DNA of 60,028 nucleotides, filler included, from Globobulimina sp. (lineage: Eukaryota): assembly GCA_003354225.1 (NCBI GenBank). It is 12 parts of 12 records of this genome, joined end to end, with 100 filler letters (N's around TTAATTAATTAA, not from the genome) between each part and the next. Parts side by side here need not be neighbours in the genome. Positions count along the whole stretch, not along the records: positions 25,074 to 29,983 come from PIVH01000848.1; positions 30,084 to 34,993 come from PIVH01000849.1; positions 35,094 to 40,002 come from PIVH01000850.1; 9 more parts are not named here. One strand, written 5' to 3'. Of this stretch, positions 25,074 to 38,200 are shown one piece after another. The translations under genes and the position numbers were made by a program. The notes under the pieces were generated by a model. The model was not told the DNA's origin. It made no database searches and saw only the letters and a list, made by a program, of their open reading frames with translations. The first letter of the stretch is position 1; every line of letters begins with the position of its first letter.

Positions 25074-26839
25074 AAAACATGTGAAACATGATAAGAAATA
25101 TTCTTATTTTCAAGGCAATATTCATCTAATTTTTCTCTCAAATCATCAAATCCTTCATTCCAATCATTCCATTTTTCTTTATTTATAGGATAACAATGTG
25201 TGACTTTCAAATATTCCGCTCCAACTGTTCTCATCATACATTCATTCATTTTCGACCATAATTTTATATCGTTTTCGGGTTCACCATCATATTTCGATAG
25301 AATCAATTCAAACTCCGTAAAACATTTATGCTCAGCTAACCTATCGACCCATTGCTCAAATCTATGCTCATTAACTTCATTCGCGTCATCAAAAGATAGC
25401 CACAACTTCAATTTTGAATATTTGCATTTCCTAACAATGTGCTCATATAAATCCCAATCCATCTCGAATTCATGCCATATATTAACACCAGAATTGACTT
25501 CAATAAAATCAAGGCCATGCTCAAAATGATCGACCACATAAAATATATGTTGTAAAATATCACGTTTATGGTCCCACCCTTCAATAGACAGTGATTTTAT
25601 ATTCAATATGGCCGATACCGCCATGCTATTATAAGCGTTATCGAAAATTGCTGATCGTGGAACTGCGGATAAAATATCCCAAGAATCGCCTGGGAAATCC
25701 AAATATTTGTTAGTTTTGCCAGTACCTAATATCCCATAAAAGAGTGTCAGGAAATTATCAAATTGATTTTGCGAATAATGAAAGCAGTTTAAATGCACTG
25801 TGAATTTTTGTAATGCATTGAAGGGATATAAGAGTGGTAATATTTCAAATTGATAACATTTTTCAAAATCAAAAGTAAGTGATTTGACTCTTGAATATCT
25901 TTTATTTTGTGTATATTTATTGATGTGGAGGAGGTTATTAATTTGAATGAATGTTAAACAATTTGGATTTCTGGCATCTATAAAAATGCTACGGCATGTT
26001 TTTTCTAATGAATATATATCACATTCGTGTAAATATTGAAATAGATAAATTTTTAAATCAGATGGAATTTGTAAAAATGATAAATGTTGCTTGTTTGGGA
26101 AAGAATCATCATTATTTATAATTAACTCGAGTTCACTCAAAGTGATACTATCATTAATTTCTAATTGTTTTGTATCCGGTAATATTGATTCAATTTGCTG
26201 CAAAGTACTTATTTCTAATTTTGAATGCAAGCTACAAATCCCTTTTAACAATATATTCTTTATTAATTTAATTTGATCATAACCAATAAATATATCTATA
26301 ATTTGTTCACATAAAATTGCCTTTGAATACATTTGATTCCATTTTCTGAGAATTTCAACGATTGCTAACAACGATTGATTTGACACTTGGAAAGAATTCG
26401 ATTTGATGATATCAACAAAAAAGCTTCGACAAACTTGTAATAATATGTTTATACTATCTGTTTCGTTCAAAAATTGAAACACAAAAATTCGTAAATGTTT
26501 TGGAATTGTCTGTAAAAATGTACATGTGACTGGAGAGGCACTGGAATCAGTGGAATGATCATGGTTTGGTTCATCATTTTCAATTAATTCCGTTTGAGTG
26601 ATAGTATCATTGATGTCTAATAGTTTTGAATCCGGTAATATTGATTGAATTTGATTGAAAATATTTTCTTGTATTTTTGAGTGATAACAACATATTCCTT
26701 TTACTAATATCCCATTAATTCTCTGATTTTCAACCAATAAACGTGTGATTGTCGGAATAAGAAACTTTAATTGAGAAATCTCACAATGATTCAATTTGCG
26801 TGCTATTTGTATGATTAACAACAACGAAGATGTTGACAT
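25074..26839 (-). CDS. F-box-like protein with a tandemly duplicated N-terminal module, 3' partial
   Basis: Two copies of an approximately 150-aa unit, each ending in an F-box-like motif: FLQTIPKHLRIFVFQFLNETD...VCR and FLQIPSDLKIYLFQYLHECD...TCR. Confidence 0.7.
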
Positions 26840-27071
26840 GTCACAGTGCTACTACTGAGAACAAGAAAACTTACAAAAAACTTTGATGCTAAAATGAAAT
26901 GATGTAAAACCAGCCAATCAATAATATGATTATATGAACATTGAACACAATGTTATTTACAGATACTGTGAGATCCAAACGTTCTCAAGAAATATAATTT
27001 TTATACAATACAAAACAAGGAAAGAAAATTATAAAAACACAAAAGTTACATAACACAAAATAAAAATCAAT

Positions 27072-29983
27072 TTAATCCTCATCATCATCAGTGTGTGTAT
27101 CGTAATCATCATTATTCGGATCAACCAGTCCAAAATTATTCTGATGATTGCCGCCAACCATACTAAAAGATTCCTGTCTCAATCCACCCAAATTCTGTCG
27201 ACTACTCATTCCCACCGAATCATTGTCATCATAACCAATCACATCGCCACCACCACCACCGGCCATGCTAAACGATTGTTGATTGTTGTATTTATATCGA
27301 TTTTGTAACGTTTGAGTCTCATCATCGTCATATTCTTCTTCATCTTCAGTCAATAACTCTTCATCCGATTCATCGCCGGTACCGGTTTCATATTCCTCAT
27401 CATCAGAATCATAATCAGATTCGTATTCATCTTCGTCATCCTCTTCTTGTTGCTGTGGTTGTTCGTGTGGTACATCTACATATTCGTCATCATCATAATG
27501 GTCTAAAGCACCCCGATCATTGGTGCCAAGCGATAAAAACCCAGAGGTACCCATACCGCTTAATGGCTGCTGATCAGTCACCACTGTTGCTTCCACATTA
27601 ATTTTACCACTGTACAAACATCAAAAAGTGAGCAAAAGAATGTATGGAATGTATGTTTCAACTGCCTTCCATTTTGACATGATGCGGTTTAAGCTGATTT
27701 TCACTCAAAACCTTAAAATTCATGGCAGCTTGCAAACAATGCTCGCTTTAGCCATGGAAACAAATTCCATACACTTTGCACATACCTCACACCCATATAT
27801 TCCGCCTGCTTCGCCTCATACTCATCATCCGGCATAGTCGAATCAAACCGCGTCAAATCACGTTTATGATGAATATCGCCATGCATATCATCCTCCTCAT
27901 ACTCGTCATCTGTCTCTATATTGCTCTCCGCATCGTCGTCATATTCATCCGTATAAATCGTAGGTTTAATATGCTGCAATGAATGTTGCTGCATATCGCT
28001 ATATTGCCCATCCTCATCATCATAGTATTCCTCATCTTGCGAGTCAAAGGATTCTGATTGATTGGAAAATTCTGTATCATCTTCGTCGCCAGTTTCGTAT
28101 TCTTCGTCCTCTGTCCAATACTCCTCCTCATCTTCATCGAATTCATCCGGATCCTCATCCTCAAAATCATCCGCTTGCTGTCGTTGCCCACCGGCTAATT
28201 GTCGCGCTAATGTATCCTCGTCGTTTTGTATGGCATTCTCAGTGTTGTACGTATCAAATAAGCCCGGTATGGAGCTCTCTGATATCCGTCTACGTTTTAG
28301 GTGGTCCAATCCCAACGCACTGCTAATACTATGCCGACCTATTTTTTTCACAAATAAAAAATCGACAACCAATCAGATTTAGAAAAACCATTTTAAAATG
28401 TATTGAAAAATTAAATTGGTGAACCAATCAAAAAAATAAAAAAATCGCATGGGACCTGGTCGTGATTTGCGTTGTAACTCGTCGTTGATTTGGAACTTTT
28501 TCATTATTTCTAGTACGGACTGTAACTTTTCATTCAAAATGTGTTGTTGCTGTGATTGGTTCCCCATGGATATGGAGGCGTATTTATCAGTTTCTCTTTT
28601 TTTGAGATAAAATGCGCGCTCAAACTCGAGTTCGTCCTTTCTGATTTGCGGGATTTCTTTGGGTGCTTCGGGTTGTGTCTGTGTTTCAGGTGGCGGTGGT
28701 TGTGATTGTTGCGGTTTATCTTCGTCATCATCGGGTAGCTGATTTTCTTTCTTGTCCTGTTCTTTTAGTTTGAATAAGTATTCTTCTTTGCGCATTTTGT
28801 GTGGATCGTAGCTGTTTAATTCTTGATATTTCTCATCGGATAATAATAATTCTGAGATTGTGCTATCGGATACATTCCAATTCTTACACGGATTTATTAG
28901 ATCATAGGCATGCTGGATCACTTCATATTTCTTATGCGACTGATACCGTTGCTTCACGCTCCAAAACCATAAGTTATACAAAGCTGCGCGTTTCAATAAA
29001 TTCTTGATTTTCTCCCTGTTGTTATATTATCCAACACATGCAACAAATTTTAAACACAGAGAAAAAAAAACAGTTGACATGCAAACAGATTTCAACTAAA
29101 AAAAAACTTTTGAGCTTTAATACTTCAAAACATGTCAACTTCACAAAAATGAACACAAACACACACACACCTATACTGCGCTAAATATATCTCATTTGGA
29201 TCATAATTATTCCTCTTCAACGAATGGTACTGCTTACACAATTTATGCACGCTCATCGCTTCATAATAATGCTTGTTCCGTCTGGCAAACTCCTGCTCCC
29301 TCGGCGTCATCTCGCGCAAATCCTTGACATCGCTCTCCAAGATCTCCACCTGTTTGCGTGCATAAGCTACCTTCAATTTGGCATTGGCCACCCGGTGCTT
29401 GGCAGTCACGATATAATTTATCAGCGCAATCTGTCGATCATGTAACATTTTCAACTTACTCAGATTGTCGCGCAACTTTCCTTTTTTAGTCACAATGTTC
29501 CCGGCAATCGCACGGTTGAATCCCTCCCGAGTCTGGATCTCCAACCTCAACGTTTCCAGCAACTGCTTCTTCTGCGGAGTATATTCGATTTGCTGCTTCC
29601 GAATCTGTGCAAATAACTTATTAAAATGTGTCTGCGCTTTAAACTTGACCCAACCGGGCATGTATTTGCTCTCTGTCAGCTCCGCGCGCGCTGAAATTCC
29701 ATTTTTTTTTAGTATGGCAATCATGCGCAGATTTTCACGCACTTCGTGCTCCAAATTTAGCTTTTTGGAGATGAGCCGGTATTGACAAATGGGTAAATCG
29801 AAGCCATTGCCCATGGCCAAATGCCGCCGTCTCCAATGGTCCTCGGATGGATTGCGAGCCATTTCGCGTTCACAGTCATCGATTTGCAGCAAATCGCGAC
29901 TGATGAAGCCCACAAAGGAGCGGTGATAGGCGGTCCAACCGGAAAAGTCGTCGAATAATTGCGCGTCGGCGCCGCTTTGGGCG
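27072..29983 (-). CDS. Uncharacterised coiled-coil protein with very acidic low-complexity C-terminus, multi-exon, 5' partial
   Basis: Four ORFs join in frame via introns 29016-29170, about 28339-28455 and about 27610-27785 (YR-EKIKNLL; RPG-RHSISS; MGVS-GKINV). The tail is D/E-rich. Confidence 0.7.
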
Positions 29984-30083
29984 NNNNNNNNNNNNNNNNN
30001 NNNNNNNNNNNNNNNNNNNNNNNNNNNTTAATTAATTAANNNNNNNNNNNNNNNNNNNNNNNNNNNNNNNNNNNNNNNNNNNN

Positions 30084-30362
30084 ACAACGTGGTCTAATAG
30101 AGTTTTCCTATTTGACATTCATTTTGCTCATGATCAACTTTTTTTAATAATTTGTGAATTGTTAGAGAAAAAGCTTAAGTAAATGTTCGTCTCATCTTCT
30201 CGTCTCGAGTAGAAACTGTAAATAAAGATTGTACTGTATTATAAATAAGGATTAAACGAACATTTACTTAAGCTTTTTCTCTAACAATTCACAAATGATT
30301 AAAAAAAGTTGATCATGAGCAAAATGAAGGTCAAATAGGAAAACTCTATTAGACCACGTTGT
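30084..30362. mobile_element. Foldback / MITE-like element with 107-bp inverted arms
   Basis: 30084-30190 is the reverse complement of 30256-30362 with 2 mismatches. The spacer is 65 bp, AT-rich and non-coding. The left end is at the contig edge, so no TSD is visible. Confidence 0.65.
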
Positions 30363-30506
30363 GATGTTTTTGGGATCGACTATTTTGGGCTCTGCAGTCT
30401 AATGAAAATAATTACAAAAAAACACAAAAAACACAAATAACACAACATAAGTCCTTATACAATATATTACAACATTCTCATTCTCATATACATTCTCAAC
30501 AGAATA

Positions 30507-32183
30507 TCATATTCGTATTTTTTTTTCTATCTTTGTTGCTGAACTTGAATTGGCTATCATTTGCCTTGTAAAATATACACAACATTTATAACACCAATTA
30601 TGGCAAAAACGACAAATTGTTCGATATGCATCTTTATTAAATTTAGTGCTTAGAAATAAACAAACAACAATGCCGAGTAAACCAATGGATCGGGCCACAT
30701 AAATGCCTTGACTTAAATAGACGTCTTTTTCATAATATTCGTTTAATGAAAGACAATCCGCCACAAAAAAGAATTGAATAAACAATATGGCAAATCCAGA
30801 TAACACAGAATGGCGAGTCATCACTTTAATTAATTTGATATGATGGTTTTCCAACGAGGCCGCTTTTATATATCCACTCTCAGTTCTTCGTCGACCAAAT
30901 ATAAATGAATCAGTCAGTAAACTTGCGCTTCTATAAAACATTAAAAACAATTTCTCAAAAAAACAAATTTATATTAATATAATATACCTTAAACTGTCAT
31001 CGTCTTTAGTTTTCGATCTAGATATTGATATTTCTTTAGTTTTCACCACTTGATTGCTAATTTGTGGTAATGCCGATATGCTGTCGCCATTATAGCTGTT
31101 TTGAAGGCTGGCAATGCTCGCTATGGTTACAGCGGGAGCGGCAGTGTCATCGACGTGATCAGAACATTTCCTCTCTATATCCAAAATTGGTGTATTTGAA
31201 TCATAATTGGATGTAATTGATTGATAATGAGGCGAACCCGCAGAATTAGAGTGTGTTGAGGCCGACACAGATTGCGTTCTTTCTGTTTGCTGAGCAATTG
31301 ACTGCTGTAATACTGACCTTTTTTGCGTTGGTTTTGTTTTGATCACTATATGTTGTACGTGTTGTATATAATGTCTCTGTGGAGTTTGAGTGAATGCGGC
31401 GGACGCTTGCATTTGTGTATTGACCGTCAATCTGTCAGCTTTTGTTGGCGAATTGGGTGCAGAGTAAGATATTGTATGATGATTATTGTCTAAATTGACA
31501 GATTTAGCAATTAATTGACGTAATTTTGAATTGAATAAATAGATCAAAAAAAGAGAGATTATAAAATCAGACACCATGATAACTAATGAGGGATAATATC
31601 CGTATTTATCCTGTTTATTTTGATCACCAGGGAATATTATAAAAAATGAGCAATATACAAAACATGCAACGATTGCGACTGAAATTAAACATGTGAAAAA
31701 TGCCACTTTAATATTTGATAATGCATAAATTGTACCAACAAACTGTTATGTGTTATGTATACATAATGATGGGAGTTTAAACTAACTTATATACTAATTA
31801 TTAAACCATCATTATGTATACATAATTTTATTAACAGTTAGATAGACTCTACCAAATAAGATAATATTCAATAAATTCGATGCAACAAAATACCATAAAT
31901 CTGCAGCTATTTTAATTGTAGCAAATTTTTTGGTGTCATTTAACATTGTTACATCATCTGCATAAGCAAAATAACCATGAATGCAGTCAATTGCTGTGCA
32001 TATAATGGACGATGATATACAACCAATGTATGCTCCACGATAAAATTTAATTACTTTGTTTTGGGATTTGATGAGAGTATGTTCACAATACATTTTGTAC
32101 AACATTGACGACAACATCAGTACCATGAAAGCTGTTGATAATCCTAGCCATGATACTGCAATTATTGTGTTATCTATTGCCAT
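30507..32183 (-). CDS. Multi-pass (probable 7TM, GPCR-like) membrane protein with long S/T/Q-rich intracellular loop
   Basis: Three ORFs join via introns at about 31744-31837 and 30931-30987. Five hydrophobic helices precede a long loop and two follow it, ending in a Cys-rich tail (CRFCHNWCYKCC). Confidence 0.65.
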
Positions 32184-32347
32184 GGCTATAGCTTGAACTT
32201 CAGGAAGGAAAATAGGTTAAAAACGTTTTTTTCAATTTTTTGCAATTGACGCATGATGAAACATGAATGTTAATTATAAGGTATTAGTTTATCAGAAAAT
32301 GGAAATCTCGTTTGAAATCGGATCAGTACTTGTTTCCATAAAAGCAT

Positions 32348-33730
32348 CTAGTTTGACAGGTTACCTTTATTTCGTTTATCCGATGTTATCAAACTCATCG
32401 TGCTGATTACAGCTATTACAGAACAAACAATCCATACAATCTCAGCAATTTGATATTTATGGTCCATATTATCCAAATCAAGATCAACTAATGTACCAAT
32501 ACAAATAGGTGCAATTGCCATTCCTGCGGACAATAATCCTCTGGCGATACCAATAGCTTGTCCTAAAAACCTACTCTCTACAATAAATCCAAAACAACTC
32601 CATACAATACTTGGTCCAATTGCATATCCAATAGACACCAATATAATCGGTATAAAATATTTATCGTCAGACCCAGCACTATAAAAAATAATATGAGCTA
32701 ATAATAAAATTAAGGCACCAAACAGCAACCAATGTGCTCTTTTTCCTTTTAAATCAATAATATACGCAATTATTGGTCCTAAAATAGCAGGCAATAAAGT
32801 GACAATTCCAACATACATTCCAGCGATATCGCATGTTAAAGAAAACTTTGTTTCTAAATACTTAGGAGCCAAACCTACAAAGCCCCATGTCACCATATAG
32901 TTGAACGGTGTAATTAACACTGATAAAATCCAAAAATCAGATCCAAATTCTCGTAAACCTCCAATTAGCATATTCATCACTTCATATTCACCATCCGTCA
33001 CCGTAGTTGTTTGTGATTTAGTTGACGATTTTTTATTATTATCAATCTGAATATTTATGTTTTCAACAATCACATTTTTCATACATTTATTATCCATCAC
33101 CAAAATCCAAACCGCAGCTATTATTCCAATAAGCATGCATCCAAAACCTAATGTCATTATGATTGTAATAGAATCACCGACATTCATGAATTGCTTGAAT
33201 TGATTTATTAATTTCGGAGTTATCCAATAAGTGATACTTGCTGTTATTCTGCCAACTGAGCTGCTTGAACTCATAGCAACAAATACCTCCGCATTTTGGA
33301 AATACTGCGCAATTAATGATGTTGTTGCTACTTGAAACCCCTCACAGCCGATTCCATAAATCATTCGTCCAACAAGCATTAAGCAATAACTTTTGAACCA
33401 AACTCCAATTGATACTATAAATTGACCAAATGTTGCTATTATAAAAAGATATAATCTGCACTTAGCAAAACCATACTTATCACATAATACACCACTAATT
33501 GCGGTAAAAAGCATTGCTGGAATGAATACGATAGAAAAGAAGGTTGCAGTTTGTTTATGATTAAATCCAAAATCTTGATGGAGATGAGTCTCTAAGATTG
33601 AAGGCAGATTGACACAAATGTAATGTCCGATGGATGTAATATAACTAATAATCAGAACTTTCCATCGATTCGGGTTTTTGTGAACTGATGTGGAAGATTG
33701 ATTGATCAAGTTAGAATCCGTGTTGTCCAT
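32348..33730 (-). CDS. MFS transporter, MFSD1-like
   Basis: About 12 TM helices, with MFS loop motifs SGVLCDKYG, GRMIYGIGCE and IIDLKGKR. The likely start is MDNTDS at 33730. Confidence 0.85.
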   Translation of the reverse strand: MDNTDSNLINQSSTSVHKNPNRWKVLIISYITSIGHYICVNLPSILETHLHQDFGFNHKQTATFFSIVFIPAMLFTAISGVLCDKYGFAKCRLYLFIIATFGQFIVSIGVWFKSYCLMLVGRMIYGIGCEGFQVATTSLIAQYFQNAEVFVAMSSSSSVGRITASITYWITPKLINQFKQFMNVGDSITIIMTLGFGCMLIGIIAAVWILVMDNKCMKNVIVENINIQIDNNKKSSTKSQTTTVTDGEYEVMNMLIGGLREFGSDFWILSVLITPFNYMVTWGFVGLAPKYLETKFSLTCDIAGMYVGIVTLLPAILGPIIAYIIDLKGKRAHWLLFGALILLLAHIIFYSAGSDDKYFIPIILVSIGYAIGPSIVWSCFGFIVESRFLGQAIGIARGLLSAGMAIAPICIGTLVDLDLDNMDHKYQIAEIVWIVCSVIAVISTMSLITSDKRNKGNLSN

Positions 33731-33816
33731 GATTTGTTGTTGAGAGTGAAAATGTTTGTTTGGTTTTTTTAAAAATACCAAATAACATACTACATTAAAA
33801 TTAACCCTTCTCTATA

Positions 33817-34590
33817 ATGGGTAACAGTAACTCTTCTGAGTCTTCTCTTTCAGCAAAACACCAGCTACGATGTGTAGATGATCATGAAAAAATATTGGTA
33901 TATGGCTATGTAAGACTGAATATAGATGTTAAGATTCCAACAGAACTTATAAATATTTGCATTTTGTTTTATGGTCAAGGTTGTCAATCAAACATATTAA
34001 CAAGTAAAGAATGGGCATATTTGATGAATATTTTGTATGAACAAAAATTAAATGATTTAGATAATAATAGTAATAAATTTATCAAATTGGAACTGTTATA
34101 TGAATCAATTGCTTCTTCTGGATCTTGCCCAATATTTCATGACAAATGTGATGATAAAGGAGCAACAGTATTGATTGTAAGATCTCAATTTAATCACATT
34201 TTTGGTGGTTATTCAAGCATTTCATGGCACTCAAAAGATGGATGGAAGCCAATGAAGGATCAATATGCGTTTTTATTGCTATTACGATCACAATTTGATG
34301 AACATACATATGCATTGCCAAAAGTATGTAAATTACTAAAACCCGATCATAATTGTGCCGTTTATCACTACGGCGAGGAAAATGGCCCAGCATTTGGCGG
34401 TTATCATTCATTGATAATTGATAGCTGTTCAAACACATATACGAGTGGAGGAGGAGCTGAATATGATTTTATTGGAAATGAACTATGCGGTGGACACACA
34501 TTTCAGTCAACATCCAGTAGCTACCAATTTAAAGCTGAAGAATGGGAAGTATTTCAAGTAAACAATATACCGTTTGTTCTCCAAAACTAA
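33817..34590 (+). CDS. TLDc-domain protein with predicted N-myristoylation and F-box-like N-terminal motif
   Basis: MGNSNS start and LVYGYVR...IPTELINICILFY. TLDc motifs: FHDKCDDKGATVLIVRS, IFGGYSSISW, GPAFGG and EEWEVFQV. Confidence 0.9.
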   Translation: MGNSNSSESSLSAKHQLRCVDDHEKILVYGYVRLNIDVKIPTELINICILFYGQGCQSNILTSKEWAYLMNILYEQKLNDLDNNSNKFIKLELLYESIASSGSCPIFHDKCDDKGATVLIVRSQFNHIFGGYSSISWHSKDGWKPMKDQYAFLLLLRSQFDEHTYALPKVCKLLKPDHNCAVYHYGEENGPAFGGYHSLIIDSCSNTYTSGGGAEYDFIGNELCGGHTFQSTSSSYQFKAEEWEVFQVNNIPFVLQN

Positions 34591-34783
34591 TGAAACTTTG
34601 TTCTTCATAATATATATAATGGAAAAGAGAATCAATCATTTACCACACACAAATTATACATTAACAAAAACCAGATGATCAACAAAACAACAAAAATCGT
34701 AATAAAACTAAAAAAAAAAATGCAGGGAGTCAATGACAAAATAAATGAATGAAAACAATAATGAATGAGTCCAATAATGAAAA

Positions 34784-34993
34784 TTAAAATTGTTTATCCC
34801 AACCAGTACCATCATCCACATATTGCTCCGCATCATTCCTTTCTTGTTGTTTTAATTTTTGTTCTTGTTCATTATCATCGCCATTGCCATTATTTGCTTG
34901 TGATGGAGCCTCAAAATTAGATCGGTCTTTGCGATGTTTAATAACCGGAATGATCGGGGCTTTCATATTTTCATTAAACAACAAATCCCAATT
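34784..34993 (-). CDS. C-terminal fragment of an AGC kinase (PKG-like)
   Basis: NWDLLFNENMKAPIIPVIKHRKDRSNFE...DDGTGWDKQF* matches the AGC C-tail, and the GWDxxF ending is typical of cGMP-dependent kinases. Confidence 0.7.
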   Translation of the reverse strand, partial: NWDLLFNENMKAPIIPVIKHRKDRSNFEAPSQANNGNGDDNEQEQKLKQQERNDAEQYVDDGTGWDKQF

Positions 34994-35208
34994 NNNNNNN
35001 NNNNNNNNNNNNNNNNNNNNNNNNNNNNNNNNNNNNNTTAATTAATTAANNNNNNNNNNNNNNNNNNNNNNNNNNNNNNNNNNNNNNNNNNNNATCATCG
35101 TTCATCATTCATCAATATGGGCATCTCCTTTGTATCATTCATCAATTTTTTGTATGTGCATCAACAAATTCACTCTGGTGGGCTTTTTTATATACATTTT
35201 TTTAAATC

Positions 35209-38200
35209 ATGTCAACCTCTGTACAGAAAGTAAGTTTGTCTGTGCCTTTATTATCTGATGGAGAAGATATAGACACGAATACATTAAACGCATCGATATC
35301 ATCTCATACAAAACGGAGAAAATGGATGTACGAAAATATAGTAAGCACTAAATGGTATCAAGTTTATATATTAATAACAATATTAATCAATTTGTGCATT
35401 ATAGCCATTGACTCAATGGTATCGACATCATACCACATTACAAACATCATACTCTTATCATTATTCACCTTCGAAATCATACTGAAAATACTAAGTTTTG
35501 GTGTGATTGATCGGATCACTGCCAATCAAATACCATTTTTTCGTCATCCATATCACATATTCGATTTTTTAGTGATTGTAGTTTCATGGGTAACCTTATT
35601 AAAATTTGACATAACCTGCACAGCCCTACGTATTGCGTTCATTATTTTCTTTATCCCCATCCTCGAAATGGCAATGATCGTAATCTCAATTATAAAATCC
35701 CTTAAAAGTATAGTTAATGTTTTATTCTTTTTCTTATTATTTTACATAATATTTGGTGTCTTTGGTATATATTTCATGTCTGGAATATTACACAAACGCT
35801 GCTATCCACCACACATAAATTACGAGAATTATGCTACAATAAATATATCCAATGTATTATGTTCGACTGACAATGATTGCATTATGCAATCAAACGCAAA
35901 CAACAACACTTACACAAATTGTTTAGCCCTCTCAGAAAACCCCCACAATGGAATATTCTCCTTTGACAATATATTTTTCAGCTCATTGCAAATATTCATC
36001 TCATCCACAGGCCATTGGGCCATATTGATGTCATACATTGATTCCTGTTACACACACTCCGCGATCACCATTTATTGGCTGATATTAACATTTATATATT
36101 TCTTTATCTTATTGCCATTGTTATTAGCTTTCATCTCAGATAGTTTTAACGATATCAACCTGGCTAAAAACGCATTATATCTGAGGATAAAAAAGAACAC
36201 AATTTTTTCCTGTGCTACTGCAAATGTTATATTTTATAAATTTTCTACGTCAGACGAAGATAAATTGTATTATGCGCAGTTAAAGTCGACATCGCCGACA
36301 ATAAATCCATTGCTCAACGTACCCAAAAGCAACCGCAGAAAACACAAACACACCGACAGTGGTATTGAACTGCAGGAAATTACTCCGTCGCTGAGTGGTG
36401 TTGATGAGCGAGACACAGTGCAAAATATGCAACATGATCTTGATGAGCTGGACTTGGAAGAGCGTATGGACTCAAATCCAAAACGCAGAATGTCAGACTT
36501 TAGCGACGTGTCTGGGATCATTGCAATTGGCAGCTCTGATTTTAACATAAGGGATGAAAGCTTGGTTGCGATGATATTACGCAAATCGAAAAACACTTTG
36601 CGCAGTAAACACGAGTTGGAGAATACAAGTAAATGTAGACACGGCTTATACACAATTGTCAATTCAAATGTGTTTCAAACTATTGTCATGATATTGGTTG
36701 TTGCAAATGTGATATGTTTATCGTTAAAAAATCCTAAATTCTCTGACCATAGCAATAAAATGTTGGACTGGGTTAATGATGTTTTTTTATTTATATATGT
36801 GTCAGAGTTGTTGTTACGGATTTTGTCCGTTGGACTTGTAAAATATTGGCGGAAAACCTCCGTTTTTAATATTTTTGATGGGATACTTATTATATTTTCA
36901 TTCGTGATGTATTTGGTTTCCATATTGCATACAAATGATGAATATATCCATGGTTTAAGCGGTATGATATCGTTTCGATTGTTGCGTATCATACCATTTA
37001 TATATGTGATTAAACCGTTTCATAAACAGAAATTGTATAAATATTTTGAACATTTTAATCGAATTATTGTCATTGTAACGGACGCTTTCAGTCAAATGGT
37101 ATGGTTATTTTTGATATTGATATTATTTTTGTTTGTTTGTGGATATTTTGGGACGTCGTTATACAACAATAACGACAGAAACATCAGCAATGTCATCATT
37201 TATGATGAAACCCATTCTTTTAACAATATTTGTTTTTCTGTTTTAACAACTTTTCAAATTGCAACAGGACAGAATTGGGTCGATATATTAGCAAATACAA
37301 TATTGTTATTTAACAATTCAATGTGGAGTCTATTATACTTTTTAATTATTGTTATTTTCGGATTGTTTATCTTTCCAAACTATTTTATTGCGCTATGTAT
37401 CGGCTCCATCGATAAACATCAAAATGAAGATTCCGAAATATTACAATCCGTTTTGCCCAAAGCTCGACACTTTCGACAGAATCAAGACATCTCCGATGGC
37501 GATTTAAAGGTATTAATCGCGCGAGAAATTAACATGAAACGGCGGGAAATAATGGAACAGCGCATATATAATTATTTATTTACGCATCGTGATAAAACCA
37601 TAATGTTTGGCAGATCGTTAAAATGTTTTCTACCAAACAATGGTTACAGAAAAAGAGTGAATAAAATTGTGACCAATAAGTGGTACGTTTGGTTTATAGA
37701 CTTTTGCATAATTATCAATGCGATTTTATTTGGTATTTATAACATGAATGATTTAGCAAATGACACAAAAACCGGTGACATGGACGAATATTATTTGCTG
37801 TACAGTGTAGACATCATATTTGTGATAATATTCTCCATAGAAATTACGTTAAACATAATAACATTCGGCATCTCATCATCGTCGTCCTCATTGACCCGAA
37901 ATTGGAGCAAATTAATGGACCCAATGCATAAATCGAATTGGCGCATTCGCTGTTTACAAATCTGGAAATTAATGTGTCGCTATGATGCATATTACAATGT
38001 GAATGCAAATATCTATAGCAACGATTTGGGCATTTACGAGATTATAAAATCGCATAATGGCTTAGTAATCGTATGGTGCGTTGTGCCGTCCTCTGGATTG
38101 GAAATTAGAATCTTATTCAAAGAGGACAAATGGAGAACGATTTATTGTTGTAAGCAATATTACCAATCACAGATAATCACACAAAAAATGAAAAAAGATG

